Shown here: one piece after another, positions 40,748 through 49,895 of the stretch
How the letters are laid out: every line of letters starts with the position of its first letter
Numbering within the stretch: position 1 is the stretch's first letter
DNA from: an uncultured Ruficoccus sp.
Lineage (GTDB): Bacteria > Verrucomicrobiota > Verrucomicrobiia > Opitutales > Cerasicoccaceae
NCBI GenBank assembly: GCA_965140785.1
Contig: OZ223519.1
Span: 288,001-352,000 of the forward strand
DNA length: 64,000 bases
Direction of reading: 5' to 3'
Program-made: the position numbers and the translations under genes
The notes under the pieces: model-generated
Database searches by the model: none
What the model was told of the DNA's origin: nothing
Seen by the model: the letters and a program-made list of their open reading frames with translations, nothing else

Positions 40748-41527
40748 TCAGACTTGACCGCTGTTGACGCATCGTGCCCGGATGCTGGCGCAGGCGTTCT
40801 GATGAGGCAGCGCGGTGTCTTCCAGTATCTGGGGATCGAGCTCGAATTTCGGGTCCGGCTGGGTTTTGACGATACTGCCGCTCATGATATTCTCTGAGGG
40901 ATCGCCAAAGTAGCGTTTGCCGGTTCGTTCAAACTGCGAATAGTGGGTATCAATGTCCTGTTTGAGGCCCAGCCAGGATTTCAGGTCTTTCAAAAGCGCT
41001 TCCGGCTTATCGATCAGGTCACCGGAGTCGATGTAGAAGGGGTCCGTTTTGAGTTTCCTGGCCAGGGACTCCAAGCCTGCCAGGCGCTCAAGGTAATAGT
41101 TTTTCGCCTGCGTCGTCAGTTCGTTAATATCATTGGATTGCGAACGGCGCATTTTCACAATGCTGCGGATGGTTTCACCGGGTTCGCGGATCATAAAAAT
41201 GATCTTGGTTTTCGGACTGTTTAATACCGTGGGAGACAGCTCGAAAGCATTGTGGAGGACTTTATCGACGAACCAGACGATATTTTCTTTTTCTTTAAAT
41301 TCATGGAGCAATTCGAGTTTTACCTTCCAGGTATCGACGCTGCCCCGGTATTGCCGGTGAAGTTCCCGGTAGCCGCACATCTGCGGATGGCTTCCGAGAA
41401 TATGTGCCAAGAGGGTGGAGCGGCTCCTCATATGGCTGAGGACCAGTAACAGTTTGGATTCACACGCGATGAAGCGGGCGTTCTGCAAAAGCAGCTTTGT
41501 CTTGGATAGCTTGGCTTCTAGCGACAT
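40748..41527 (-). CDS. Sulfotransferase-family protein
   Basis: PAPS-binding-like loop SHMRSRSTLL, LGSHPQ, DKVLHN, IREP...IRS. Confidence 0.75.
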   Translation of the reverse strand: MSLEAKLSKTKLLLQNARFIACESKLLLVLSHMRSRSTLLAHILGSHPQMCGYRELHRQYRGSVDTWKVKLELLHEFKEKENIVWFVDKVLHNAFELSPTVLNSPKTKIIFMIREPGETIRSIVKMRRSQSNDINELTTQAKNYYLERLAGLESLARKLKTDPFYIDSGDLIDKPEALLKDLKSWLGLKQDIDTHYSQFERTGKRYFGDPSENIMSGSIVKTQPDPKFELDPQILEDTALPHQNACASIRARCVNSGQV

Positions 41528-41710
41528 GACGCTGAGTAGAATCGCATAGTTTCCAGCAGGTCGCCAAGCTTAAGACTTCGCTTTTGGGCAGGAGGTTTTG
41601 GGCGTTTATCCACGGTGAAAGGGCCGAAAAGCCTTCCGCATCGAGCCATGCATGCGCCTGCGTGCAACCCGGGTTGACAAAACCGTTGGGGGACGGCAGG
41701 TTAGCGGCGC

Positions 41711-42340
41711 ATGAGGGATCAAGCCCCAATCGTTACTGTCATCGACCCGGAAATGGGCAACCTGCGCAGCGTTTGCCGCGCCTGGGAACACGCCGGCGCA
41801 CAAATCCGGCTCGCGTCGACGCCCGAAGGAGTGGAGGAGACCGCTGCGCTGGTTTTTCCGGGGCAGGGCGCTATCCCGCACTGCATGGCGCGCCTGGAGA
41901 AGACCGGCTGGGCGCAGACGATCAAGGAATGGATCGCGCAGGATAAGCCTTTTTTCGGCATCTGTCTGGGCTTGCAGACGCTTTTCGAGCACTCCGAGGA
42001 GGGCGACACGCCGGGGCTGGGCATTTTCCCCGGTCGGGTGAAGCGTTTCCGTCTCGGGTCCGAGTACAAGATCCCCCACATGGGCTGGAATGCCGTGCGT
42101 TTCCGGGGCGAAAGTCCTCCGCTGACCGAAGGAATCGACCCCGAGCGGGACCAGTTTTACTTCGTCCACAGCTACCATGTGGAGACGGGGGAGGAGGGCC
42201 TGATTTGGGGCGAAACCGTCTATGGCTATCCTTTCGTCAGTGCGATTGCGCATGGAAACTGCTATGCGACTCAGTTCCACCCGGAAAAAAGTCAGGCCAA
42301 AGGCTTGCAAATGTATGCCAACTTCGTGAACTTTCTCTAA
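41711..42340 (+). CDS. hisH: Imidazole glycerol phosphate synthase glutaminase subunit
   Basis: MGNLRSV, FPGQG, GICLGLQ, PHMGWN, YFVHSY, QFHPEKS. Confidence 0.97.
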   Translation: MRDQAPIVTVIDPEMGNLRSVCRAWEHAGAQIRLASTPEGVEETAALVFPGQGAIPHCMARLEKTGWAQTIKEWIAQDKPFFGICLGLQTLFEHSEEGDTPGLGIFPGRVKRFRLGSEYKIPHMGWNAVRFRGESPPLTEGIDPERDQFYFVHSYHVETGEEGLIWGETVYGYPFVSAIAHGNCYATQFHPEKSQAKGLQMYANFVNFL

Positions 42341-42395
42341 GGCGAGGTATTACTTTACCTACGTTATCAATATAGACCCTTAAAAAGCATTGCTC

Positions 42396-43709
42396 ATGGA
42401 AGACACCGCCACTATTCGTATTGCTAATGAAAATTATACTTTCCCTCTGATGGAAGGCACCGAAGGCGAAAGGGCGATCGATACCCGAAGCCTGCGCTCG
42501 AAGAGTGGCTACATCACCTATGACGAGGGCTACGGCAATACCGGTTCGTGTGAGAGCGCGATTACGTTCATCAATGGCGAGAAGGGGATCCTGCGCTACC
42601 GCGGCTATCCCATCGAGCAACTGGCGGAGAGCTCGACCTTTATCGAGGCCGCGTTCCTGATTATTTACGGCGAGCTGCCGAACCGCCGCCAGATGACGGA
42701 GTTTTCCGGTCGTGTGCTGCGCAATGCCCGCATCGACGTCGGCATGCACCGGATTTTTGAAGGCTTCCCGCACAGCTCGCACCCGATGGCGATGCTCTCG
42801 GCCATGCTGAACTCCCTGGGCTGCTACTACCCGGAGATGGCTACCAACAACCGCGAGCGCGACCTGGAGTGCTTCGACGAGGCCGCCTCCCTCCTGCTGT
42901 CCAAGGTCCGCACCCTCTCGGCCATGTCCTACCGGATGAAGAACGGCCTGCCCTTCGTCTATCCGAAGCACAGTATGGGCTACTGCCAGAACTTCCTGCA
43001 CATGATTTTCTCCGAGCCCTACCACGACTACGTGCCGCACGACGACGTGGTCAAGGCGCTTGACCTCATCCTGCTCCTGCACGCCGACCACGAGCAGAAT
43101 TGCAGCACCTCGACCGTGCGCATGGTGGCCAGCGGCGGGGCCAATCTGTTCGCCTCGGTTTCGGCCGGTGTCTGCGCCCTGTGGGGCCCGCTGCACGGCG
43201 GCGCCAACATGGCCGTGGTCAGCATGCTCCAGCGCATCCATGATGCCGGAGACGACGGCAGCGAGTTCATCGAGGCCGCCAAACGCGGCGAAGCCCGCCT
43301 GATGGGCTTCGGCCACCGCGTTTACAAGAACTACGACCCGCGCGCCCGCATCCTCGGGGAAACCTGCGAGAAGGTCTTTGCCGCCCTCAACCAGAAAAAC
43401 CCCCTGCTGGACATTGCCCGCAAGTTGGAGGAAAAGGCCCTCAACGACCCGTACTTCGTCGATCGCAAGCTGTACCCGAACGTGGACTTCTACAGCGGCA
43501 TCATCCTCGAAGCTATCGGCATCCCGCTGGACATGTTCACCGTCATTTTCGCTATCGGGCGCATGCCGGGCTGGATTGCCAACTGGAAGGAAATCGCCGA
43601 AGGCGGTGGCCGCATCCACCGTCCGCGCCAGATCTACATCGGTAAGAACGAGCGCGACTACGTCATGATGAAGGACCGTACGAAGGCCGCCGATGCGCCC
43701 AAGTCCTAA
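42396..43709 (+). CDS. gltA: Citrate synthase
   Basis: [50 protein letters not shown]. Confidence 0.98.
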   Translation: MEDTATIRIANENYTFPLMEGTEGERAIDTRSLRSKSGYITYDEGYGNTGSCESAITFINGEKGILRYRGYPIEQLAESSTFIEAAFLIIYGELPNRRQMTEFSGRVLRNARIDVGMHRIFEGFPHSSHPMAMLSAMLNSLGCYYPEMATNNRERDLECFDEAASLLLSKVRTLSAMSYRMKNGLPFVYPKHSMGYCQNFLHMIFSEPYHDYVPHDDVVKALDLILLLHADHEQNCSTSTVRMVASGGANLFASVSAGVCALWGPLHGGANMAVVSMLQRIHDAGDDGSEFIEAAKRGEARLMGFGHRVYKNYDPRARILGETCEKVFAALNQKNPLLDIARKLEEKALNDPYFVDRKLYPNVDFYSGIILEAIGIPLDMFTVIFAIGRMPGWIANWKEIAEGGGRIHRPRQIYIGKNERDYVMMKDRTKAADAPKS

Positions 43710-43733
43710 GCGCTTTCGGCATACTTTTTAAGC

Positions 43734-43766
43734 AAAACGCCGTCCGGTAAGGGGCGGCGTTTTTTT
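43734..43766 (+). terminator. Rho-independent terminator after gltA
   Basis: AAAACGCCGTCC-GGTAAG-GGGCGGCGTTTT with a T7 tail. Confidence 0.8.
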
Positions 43767-43847
43767 GTTTGGCTCACGAAATGTACGAAGGCCGTCCAGT
43801 AGCCACGATGGTTACACAGCGGCGGAGCGCTTGAGTGTAGAATTTTT

Positions 43848-43905
43848 AACCACGGATTACACGGATCGCACAGATAAAATAAGAGTATCCGTGTAATCCG
43901 TGGTT
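43848..43905. repeat. REP-like palindrome built from 9-mer units
   Basis: AACCACGGATTACACGGAT / ATCCGTGTAATCCGTGGTT, a perfect 19-bp inverted repeat. Confidence 0.85.
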
Positions 43906-43920
43906 GAAAATAAAAACGCT

Positions 43921-44685
43921 TTAGCGGGTGCCGCTGGAGGCGGGCTGATTTTTTTTCGGGTCGATGATCAGGTCTTCCATGCTCAGTCCGGTCAGCTCCC
44001 GGACGCGCTTGAACAGGTACCACATGGCCGTGCCCATCAGGGGGAGGGTCATCACGAACATGACGACCCAGGTGATCCAGGTTTGCGTGCCCAGCTCGGC
44101 ATTGAAGGCGCTTTGATCGACGTTCGGGTCGGTTTTCACGACCAGGCGCGTGACGGTAAAGTTGATGATGGCGCTGACCAGGAGCGAGGAGGCGAAAATC
44201 CACGTACAGCGCACGAGGGTGTGGTGGAAGGCGGCCTGCTTGTCAGGCGTATCCAGGTGAGACTCCAGCTTCTGCGTGTCCATGATGGAGGGGTTGAGCA
44301 GAAACATTTTGATGACGGGCTTTTTCGTCTTGAGGGAAGCGACGACGGCCACGCCGATGATCAGGGGCAGGAGCGTTTCCTTGATTGCGAAAACCAGGGG
44401 GCTGAGCTTGAGCAGTCCGATGCCGCCGGTCAGCAGCACGCTGATAAAGCCGAGGATGGAGAGCCCGTTGGCCTTTTTGCGGGTCTTCAGGTCGTAGAGA
44501 AAATAGCCAATGGGGAAGAGCAGGGCGACGATCAGGACCTGGGTGTCGCTGAGGAAGCTGAACCACTTGGCCCCTTTGGTCAGCAGGAGGATGGGGGCGA
44601 CGAGGTTGAAGATGAGGTTCAACCACGGGTTCTCCCGGCGCTCTGGGGCGGGCTTTGGGGTGGACTCTTGTGCGGACTCGCTCAT
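43921..44685 (-). CDS. Multi-pass membrane protein (VC0807-like)
   Basis: RENPWLNLIFNLVAP, SILGFISVLLTGGIGLL, several TM helices; start at MSESAQ. Confidence 0.7.
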   Translation of the reverse strand: MSESAQESTPKPAPERRENPWLNLIFNLVAPILLLTKGAKWFSFLSDTQVLIVALLFPIGYFLYDLKTRKKANGLSILGFISVLLTGGIGLLKLSPLVFAIKETLLPLIIGVAVVASLKTKKPVIKMFLLNPSIMDTQKLESHLDTPDKQAAFHHTLVRCTWIFASSLLVSAIINFTVTRLVVKTDPNVDQSAFNAELGTQTWITWVVMFVMTLPLMGTAMWYLFKRVRELTGLSMEDLIIDPKKNQPASSGTR

Positions 44686-44876
44686 TTTGGGACTAGGTCG
44701 TGCATGCAAACCTCCTCAACCTCGGATTCTTAACCCTTTTTCGCCCAAAATGAGTTTCCTCAGCTCGACAATTTTCAAATTGCCTCGCTTCGAAAGCCTC
44801 ATTTTTGCCATGAAAAATGGCAGGCGACTTCTCGTTGCGAGGTTTACATACACGACCTACACTTTCTGACCATCGC

Positions 44877-45533
44877 ATGAACGCAAGCCCTATCCGTTGC
44901 CTTATTACCGCCGGCCCGACCCGGGAGTATTTCGATCCGGTGCGCTTCATCAGTAATCCCTCCAGCGGGAAGATGGGGTACGCGCTGGCGGTGGCGGCGC
45001 GGGCAGCCGGCTGGCGGGTCGAGCTGGTCAGCGGACCGGTGGCGCTGCGCCCGCCCGAAGGGGTGGAGGTCATTCCCGTCATCACCGGCAGGGAAATGCT
45101 TGCCGCCGTTCAGGAGCGCTTCCCGGCCTGCGACATTCTGATCAAGGTGGCGGCGGTCTGCGACATGCGCCCAAAGACCACCTCCCCGCATAAGGTCAAG
45201 AAGGACGCCCTCTCTCTGACGGTGGAGTTCGAGCCGGTGGAGGATATTTTAAAAACCGTGGCCGCCGGCAAGCAGCCCGGCCAGGTCGTGGTGGGCTTCG
45301 CGGCGGAGACTCAGGACGTGGAGGCATACGCCCGCCGCAAGCTGATCGAGAAAAACCTCGACTGGATCGTGGCCAACCGCGTGGGCGGGCAGGGGGGAGC
45401 CTTCGAGTCCGACAGTAACGCGGTGCAGCTGATGGGCACCAGTGGGGAGGTCATCGCCTTCGGCCCCGGCGCCAAGACCGACATCGCCCACCAGTTGATC
45501 GGTTACTTGAACGCCTACCATTTCGCCCCCTAA
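44877..45533 (+). CDS. coaB: Phosphopantothenate--cysteine ligase domain (CoaB half of CoaBC)
   Basis: ITAGPTRE..DPVRFISNPSSGKMG, AAVCD, VGFAAET, IVANRV; no N-terminal flavoprotein domain. Confidence 0.85.
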   Translation: MNASPIRCLITAGPTREYFDPVRFISNPSSGKMGYALAVAARAAGWRVELVSGPVALRPPEGVEVIPVITGREMLAAVQERFPACDILIKVAAVCDMRPKTTSPHKVKKDALSLTVEFEPVEDILKTVAAGKQPGQVVVGFAAETQDVEAYARRKLIEKNLDWIVANRVGGQGGAFESDSNAVQLMGTSGEVIAFGPGAKTDIAHQLIGYLNAYHFAP

Positions 45534-45547
45534 ACTCCGTCCCCACC

Positions 45548-46726
45548 ATGCCCGATAAAAGCACGCACCTCGACCGTATTCTGGGGCGGATTGACGCCCT
45601 CGACTCGGATAACCTGACCACGCTTGTGCGGCGGCTGGTGCGGGAGCGCACCCTGCTGGAGACGGTCTTTAACACCATTCAAGAGGGCATCCTCGTGGTG
45701 GATAAATCCGGGCGTGTCGAGTACGCCAACGCCGCTGCCGGGCACCTGATCGGCCTGCGGGAGAAAGACCTCGGGCAGGTGGTGCTGGGAAAGGTGATGC
45801 CGGACTTGAGCGAGATTCTCGACTTTGACCGGGAGGGAAACCCGGCCATGATGCCGGCCTCCTCGCGCGAGATGGAGATCACGTATCCCGAGCCGCGCTT
45901 CGTCCGGCTCTACGTGGTGCCCTTCGAGACCGAGGAGGAGGACGAGCGCCAGTTGCGCTACACGATTATTATTTCCGACATCACGGAAGAGAAAACCTCC
46001 ACCGAAGAGCGCATTGCCAACGAGCGGCTCTCGTCGATCTTCGACCTGGCCGCCGGGGTGGCTCATGAGCTGGGCAACCCGCTCAACTCGATCAACATTC
46101 ACCTCCAGCTCATGCGGCGGCAGTTGGCCAGGCTGGGCAAGGACCCCGCCACGGACAAGGTCAAGTCTTCGCTGGAGGCCTGCACGAACGAGGTTCAGCG
46201 CCTGGACGGCATCATCACGCACTTTCTCCAGGCCATCCGCCCGCAGCCGCCGGACCTGCGCGAGGTGGACCTGCTGGAAATCCTTTCCGAGGTGCTCACG
46301 CTTCAGGGGCCCGAGATGCACAACCTCAACATCCATGTCGATGTCGAGGTTCGTGCCGACCTGCCCCGCGTCATGGCTGACCCCGAGCAGCTCAAACAGG
46401 TGTTTTTCAACATCACGAAAAATGCGATGGAGGCCATGGACGCCGGCGGCGACCTCACCATCACCACGCACAGCGACGACGACTTTGTGACCATGATCTT
46501 CGCCGACACCGGGGTGGGAATCTCCCAGCAGGACCTTTCGCGCATCTTCCAGCCCTACTACACGAGTAAGTCCAGTGGGCACGGTTTGGGCATGATGGTC
46601 GTCCAGCGTATCATGCGCGACCACGGCGGCCAGATCGGGATCGATAGCAAGCCCGGCACCGGCACCGTCATCCGCCTGCGCTTCCCCCAGCGCCACCGCC
46701 GCATGCGCATGCTGGAAAGCCGGTGA
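45548..46726 (+). CDS. Cytoplasmic PAS-domain sensor histidine kinase
   Basis: PAS (EGILVVD...YANAAA), H-box AHELGNPL, N-box, DTGVGI, GHGLGM; no TM segment. Confidence 0.92.
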   Translation: MPDKSTHLDRILGRIDALDSDNLTTLVRRLVRERTLLETVFNTIQEGILVVDKSGRVEYANAAAGHLIGLREKDLGQVVLGKVMPDLSEILDFDREGNPAMMPASSREMEITYPEPRFVRLYVVPFETEEEDERQLRYTIIISDITEEKTSTEERIANERLSSIFDLAAGVAHELGNPLNSINIHLQLMRRQLARLGKDPATDKVKSSLEACTNEVQRLDGIITHFLQAIRPQPPDLREVDLLEILSEVLTLQGPEMHNLNIHVDVEVRADLPRVMADPEQLKQVFFNITKNAMEAMDAGGDLTITTHSDDDFVTMIFADTGVGISQQDLSRIFQPYYTSKSSGHGLGMMVVQRIMRDHGGQIGIDSKPGTGTVIRLRFPQRHRRMRMLESR

Positions 46727-46746
46727 GTGGAGAGGGCGTTGTTTTT

Positions 46747-47041
46747 ATTTAACCGCAAAGACGCAAAGGGCACAAAGCGCTGGCGCTGGTGCTGATGCTC
46801 AGAGCGTAACCGGACGCTGCCGTTTCTCCGGAAGTTGCAGGATAAATAGTAGGGCTCACACGGAGGCACGGAGAGAGGAGAGATTGTCCCATCGACGTAG
46901 CGATATTCGCATTTCATCCACAGCTAAGCTTTTCACTTAACATCAATAAGAACTGGCAAAGCCGAGTGAAAGGTCAGCAGGTCGGAGTGCCCCAAACAAC
47001 AGCGCCAGCGCTTTGTGCCCTTTGCGTCTTTGCGGTTAAAT
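46747..47041. mobile_element. 295-bp non-coding element bounded by perfect 42-bp inverted repeats
   Basis: ATTTAACCGCAAAGACGCAAAGGGCACAAAGCGCTGGCGCTG at 46747-46788 and its exact reverse complement at 47000-47041. Confidence 0.7.
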
Positions 47042-47141
47042 CCTCTTCCTCCCAGCGCCTGACCGGCTCGATTGGGACAAAAAGGCACTTTTTTTGCGGT
47101 TTAGGGTGGTTTCGTGGAAAACGGGCTGCTTAATTAGCGCC

Positions 47142-48518
47142 ATGCCCGAGAGCATCCTGATCGTTGACGACGAAAAGCACACCCGTGAGGGGCTGGCGGC
47201 TGCTTTGGAGGACGACTACGACGTGTACCAGGCCCGCGACGCCGAGGAGGCCTTCCGTCTGCTGGACGGGGAGCCCTTCGATGTGGTGCTGACCGACCTG
47301 CGCATGGCGGGCAAGTCCGGCCTCAAGGTCATCGACCACGCCCTCAAGCTGCCCAACCGCCCCGTCTGCATCATGATGACCGCCTACGGTAATGTGCAGA
47401 CTGCGGTCGAGGCGATGAAGCACGGCGCTTTCGACTTTCTGACCAAGCCGCTCAACCTCGAAAAGCTAGAGATTATCATCAAGCGGGCCATCCAGTCCCG
47501 CCACCTCGAAACCGAGAACAAGCAGCTCCACCAGCGCCTGGACCGCAAATTCAGCTTCGAGGGGATCGTGGGCAACTCCGCTGCGCTCAACCACGTGCTG
47601 GAACAGGTGCGCCAAGTGGCCCCCTCGCGGGCCACGGTCATGCTCTACGGCGACACCGGCACGGGCAAGGAACTGGTCGCCCAGATGCTCCACCAAAATA
47701 GCGACCGCGCGCGGGCGGCATTCGTCCCTGTGCACTGCGCGGCCATCCCGGCCAACCTGCTTGAGAGCGAGCTGTTCGGGCACGAAAAGGGAGCCTTCAC
47801 CGGCGCGGCCGAGCGGCGCATCGGGCGCTTCGAGGCCGCCGACGGGGGGACGCTCTTTCTGGACGAGATCGGCGAGATCGACGCCCCGACCCAGGTCAAG
47901 CTCTTGCGCTTTCTGGAGACGCGTTCCTTTGAGCGCTTGGGGAGCCACAAACCGATCCAGGTCGATGTGCGCCTGGTCTGCGCCACCAACCGCGACCTCA
48001 AGGACCTCGTGGACAAGGGCGAGTTCCGCGAAGACCTTTACTACCGGCTCAACGTCGTGCCGATCCGCCTGCCGGCCCTGCGGGAGCGCCCGGATGACAC
48101 CCCGCTTCTGCTCAACCATTTCCTCCAGCAGTTCGCGGAGGAGAACGGCACCCCGCCGGTCAGCCTGACCCCGGAGGCGCTCACCGTCCTCCAGCGCTAT
48201 GGCTGGCCGGGCAATATCCGCGAACTGCGCAACTTCTGTGAAAACACCGTGGTGATGAAGCGGGGTGGGGAAGTGACCGAGTACGATCTCGACGCGCGAT
48301 TCTTCGAGCCGGGTAAACCGTCCTCCTCGTCGGCGAGCCGGAGCGAGCCCGCCCTGGCCAACCCGCTCTCCAAGGAGGAAAACGAAAAGCGCCTGCTGCG
48401 TAACGCCTTGATCGAGGCCAAAGGCAACCGGACCCGCGCCGCCGAACTGATGGGAATCAGCCGTCGCACCCTCCATCGCAAACTTGCGCAATGGCCGGAA
48501 CTGGATGTGCATAACTGA
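47142..48518 (+). CDS. Sigma54-dependent response regulator (NtrC/AtoC family)
   Basis: Receiver domain ILIVDDE, GDTGTGKE, ESELFGHEKGAFTGA, WPGNIREL, Fis-type HTH; ATG at 47142. Confidence 0.95.
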   Translation: MPESILIVDDEKHTREGLAAALEDDYDVYQARDAEEAFRLLDGEPFDVVLTDLRMAGKSGLKVIDHALKLPNRPVCIMMTAYGNVQTAVEAMKHGAFDFLTKPLNLEKLEIIIKRAIQSRHLETENKQLHQRLDRKFSFEGIVGNSAALNHVLEQVRQVAPSRATVMLYGDTGTGKELVAQMLHQNSDRARAAFVPVHCAAIPANLLESELFGHEKGAFTGAAERRIGRFEAADGGTLFLDEIGEIDAPTQVKLLRFLETRSFERLGSHKPIQVDVRLVCATNRDLKDLVDKGEFREDLYYRLNVVPIRLPALRERPDDTPLLLNHFLQQFAEENGTPPVSLTPEALTVLQRYGWPGNIRELRNFCENTVVMKRGGEVTEYDLDARFFEPGKPSSSSASRSEPALANPLSKEENEKRLLRNALIEAKGNRTRAAELMGISRRTLHRKLAQWPELDVHN

Positions 48519-48606
48519 TGTCGCTAGGCAGTACCTTCGAACCTCAAAACTCTGTAAAAAGATTGAAGATGGTAAAATTGAGACTCTATACTCCGCGCCA
48601 ACTCTC

Positions 48607-49482
48607 ATGAAATCTACTTTACTCTCACTGTTCGCTACCTCGGTGCTGACACTCGGTCTGCACGCTGACAAAATTGAAGTCGTCGGCTCGGACCTGCTGC
48701 AGGACGCGGTAGTCGAGCCCTTGGAGGCTTTTGCCGACAGGAAGCACCTGGATATCGGGATCGACCTGTACGGGAGCATTCCGGCTATGTCCCAGCTCCG
48801 TAATAACGAGGCGCAGTTGGCCTTTATCGCCAGGCCGGACGAGGGGAAGTTTCAGATCGACGGCTTGAAGATCATTCCCTTCGCCTACCAGGTGGCGGTT
48901 ATCGCCGTAAACAGCGACAACCCGCTTACGGAGCTCAATCTCAAGCAGTTGGCCGGTATTTTCGGCACATCCTCAGAGGAGTATTACGGTCGTTGGGGCG
49001 AGCTCGGCCTGAGCGGCAACATGGCCACGCGCTCCATCCAGCCCATCGTGGTGGAAACGCCCAATTCCGTTGTGCGGGAGTTATTCAAGTATAAGGCGCT
49101 CCAGCGCGCCCCCTTTAAGTCAAACACGCTGACAGTGGAAAACTTTGAAGAAAGCCCGGAGCTGCTGGTTAGCGACAGCGGAGCGATCGGGATCTTCCCT
49201 TATGTCCCACGGCAGAACAACCTGCGGGTGATCTCGATTTCCGGCAGCGAGCCGGGCTCGTTCGCCTATGGTCCCAGCCGTGAGAATGTCTATCTTGGCT
49301 CTTATCCGCTGCGTCTGCCCTTTTATCTGGTTTATAAACCATCGAATAAGGAAAAAGTTCGCGAAATTCTTCGCTTTATGCTGAGTGAGGACATGTCTAA
49401 GTCATTGGAAGAGAATGGTTTTATGCCTCTTCCAGAAAATGTTCGAAAACGTACCGTTCTGGAACTTGACATTGGCTCCTGA
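48607..49482 (+). CDS. PstS-like periplasmic substrate-binding protein
   Basis: Signal peptide, IEVVGSD, IAVNSDNPLTELNLKQLAGIF, GSYPLRLPFYL. Confidence 0.7.
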   Translation: MKSTLLSLFATSVLTLGLHADKIEVVGSDLLQDAVVEPLEAFADRKHLDIGIDLYGSIPAMSQLRNNEAQLAFIARPDEGKFQIDGLKIIPFAYQVAVIAVNSDNPLTELNLKQLAGIFGTSSEEYYGRWGELGLSGNMATRSIQPIVVETPNSVVRELFKYKALQRAPFKSNTLTVENFEESPELLVSDSGAIGIFPYVPRQNNLRVISISGSEPGSFAYGPSRENVYLGSYPLRLPFYLVYKPSNKEKVREILRFMLSEDMSKSLEENGFMPLPENVRKRTVLELDIGS

Positions 49483-49512
49483 AGTCACCACATTACCCAA
49501 CTTTCAGATTAA

Positions 49513-49588
<76 letters not shown>

Positions 49589-49594
49589 CTTTTT

Positions 49595-49630
49595 AAGCCT
49601 CCGGAAACATAGTTTTCGGGGGCTTTTTTT
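49595..49630 (+). terminator. Rho-independent terminator after tRNA-Gly
   Basis: AAGCCTCCGGAAAC-ATA-GTTTTCGGGGGCTT with a T7 tail. Confidence 0.8.
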
Positions 49631-49756
49631 GTGCCGAGGTGAAGAGGTGAGAACTCGAGCAGAGAGTTTGACGGAGCCCGCCGGTGGCGGGCGGAGATGG
49701 CCCCCGTCGGCCGATCAGGCCGATGGGCCGCGCAGCGGTGAGGCCGCGCCTCAGAC

Positions 49757-49781
49757 AACCTCTTCGCTCGCTCCACTTTTT
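49757..49781 (+). repeat. 25-bp direct repeat of the tRNA-Gly 3' end (att-like)
   Basis: AACCTCTTCGCTCGCTCCACTTTTT identical to 49570-49594. Confidence 0.9.
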
Positions 49782-49895
49782 TGTGCCTGTCGGACTGGGA
49801 GCTGCTGGCAATTGAAGGGCTGGGTGAGAGACGAGTTTGTGGTGGGTGCGACTTCTGAGTTGATGGGGGCGTGAGTGAGCGTCACACTGTGTTGA

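Noticed and set aside
45548..48518. Kinase and sigma54 regulator as a novel signalling system
   Set aside because: Canonical NtrB/NtrC- or AtoS/AtoC-type architecture; only the intervening repeat element is unusual
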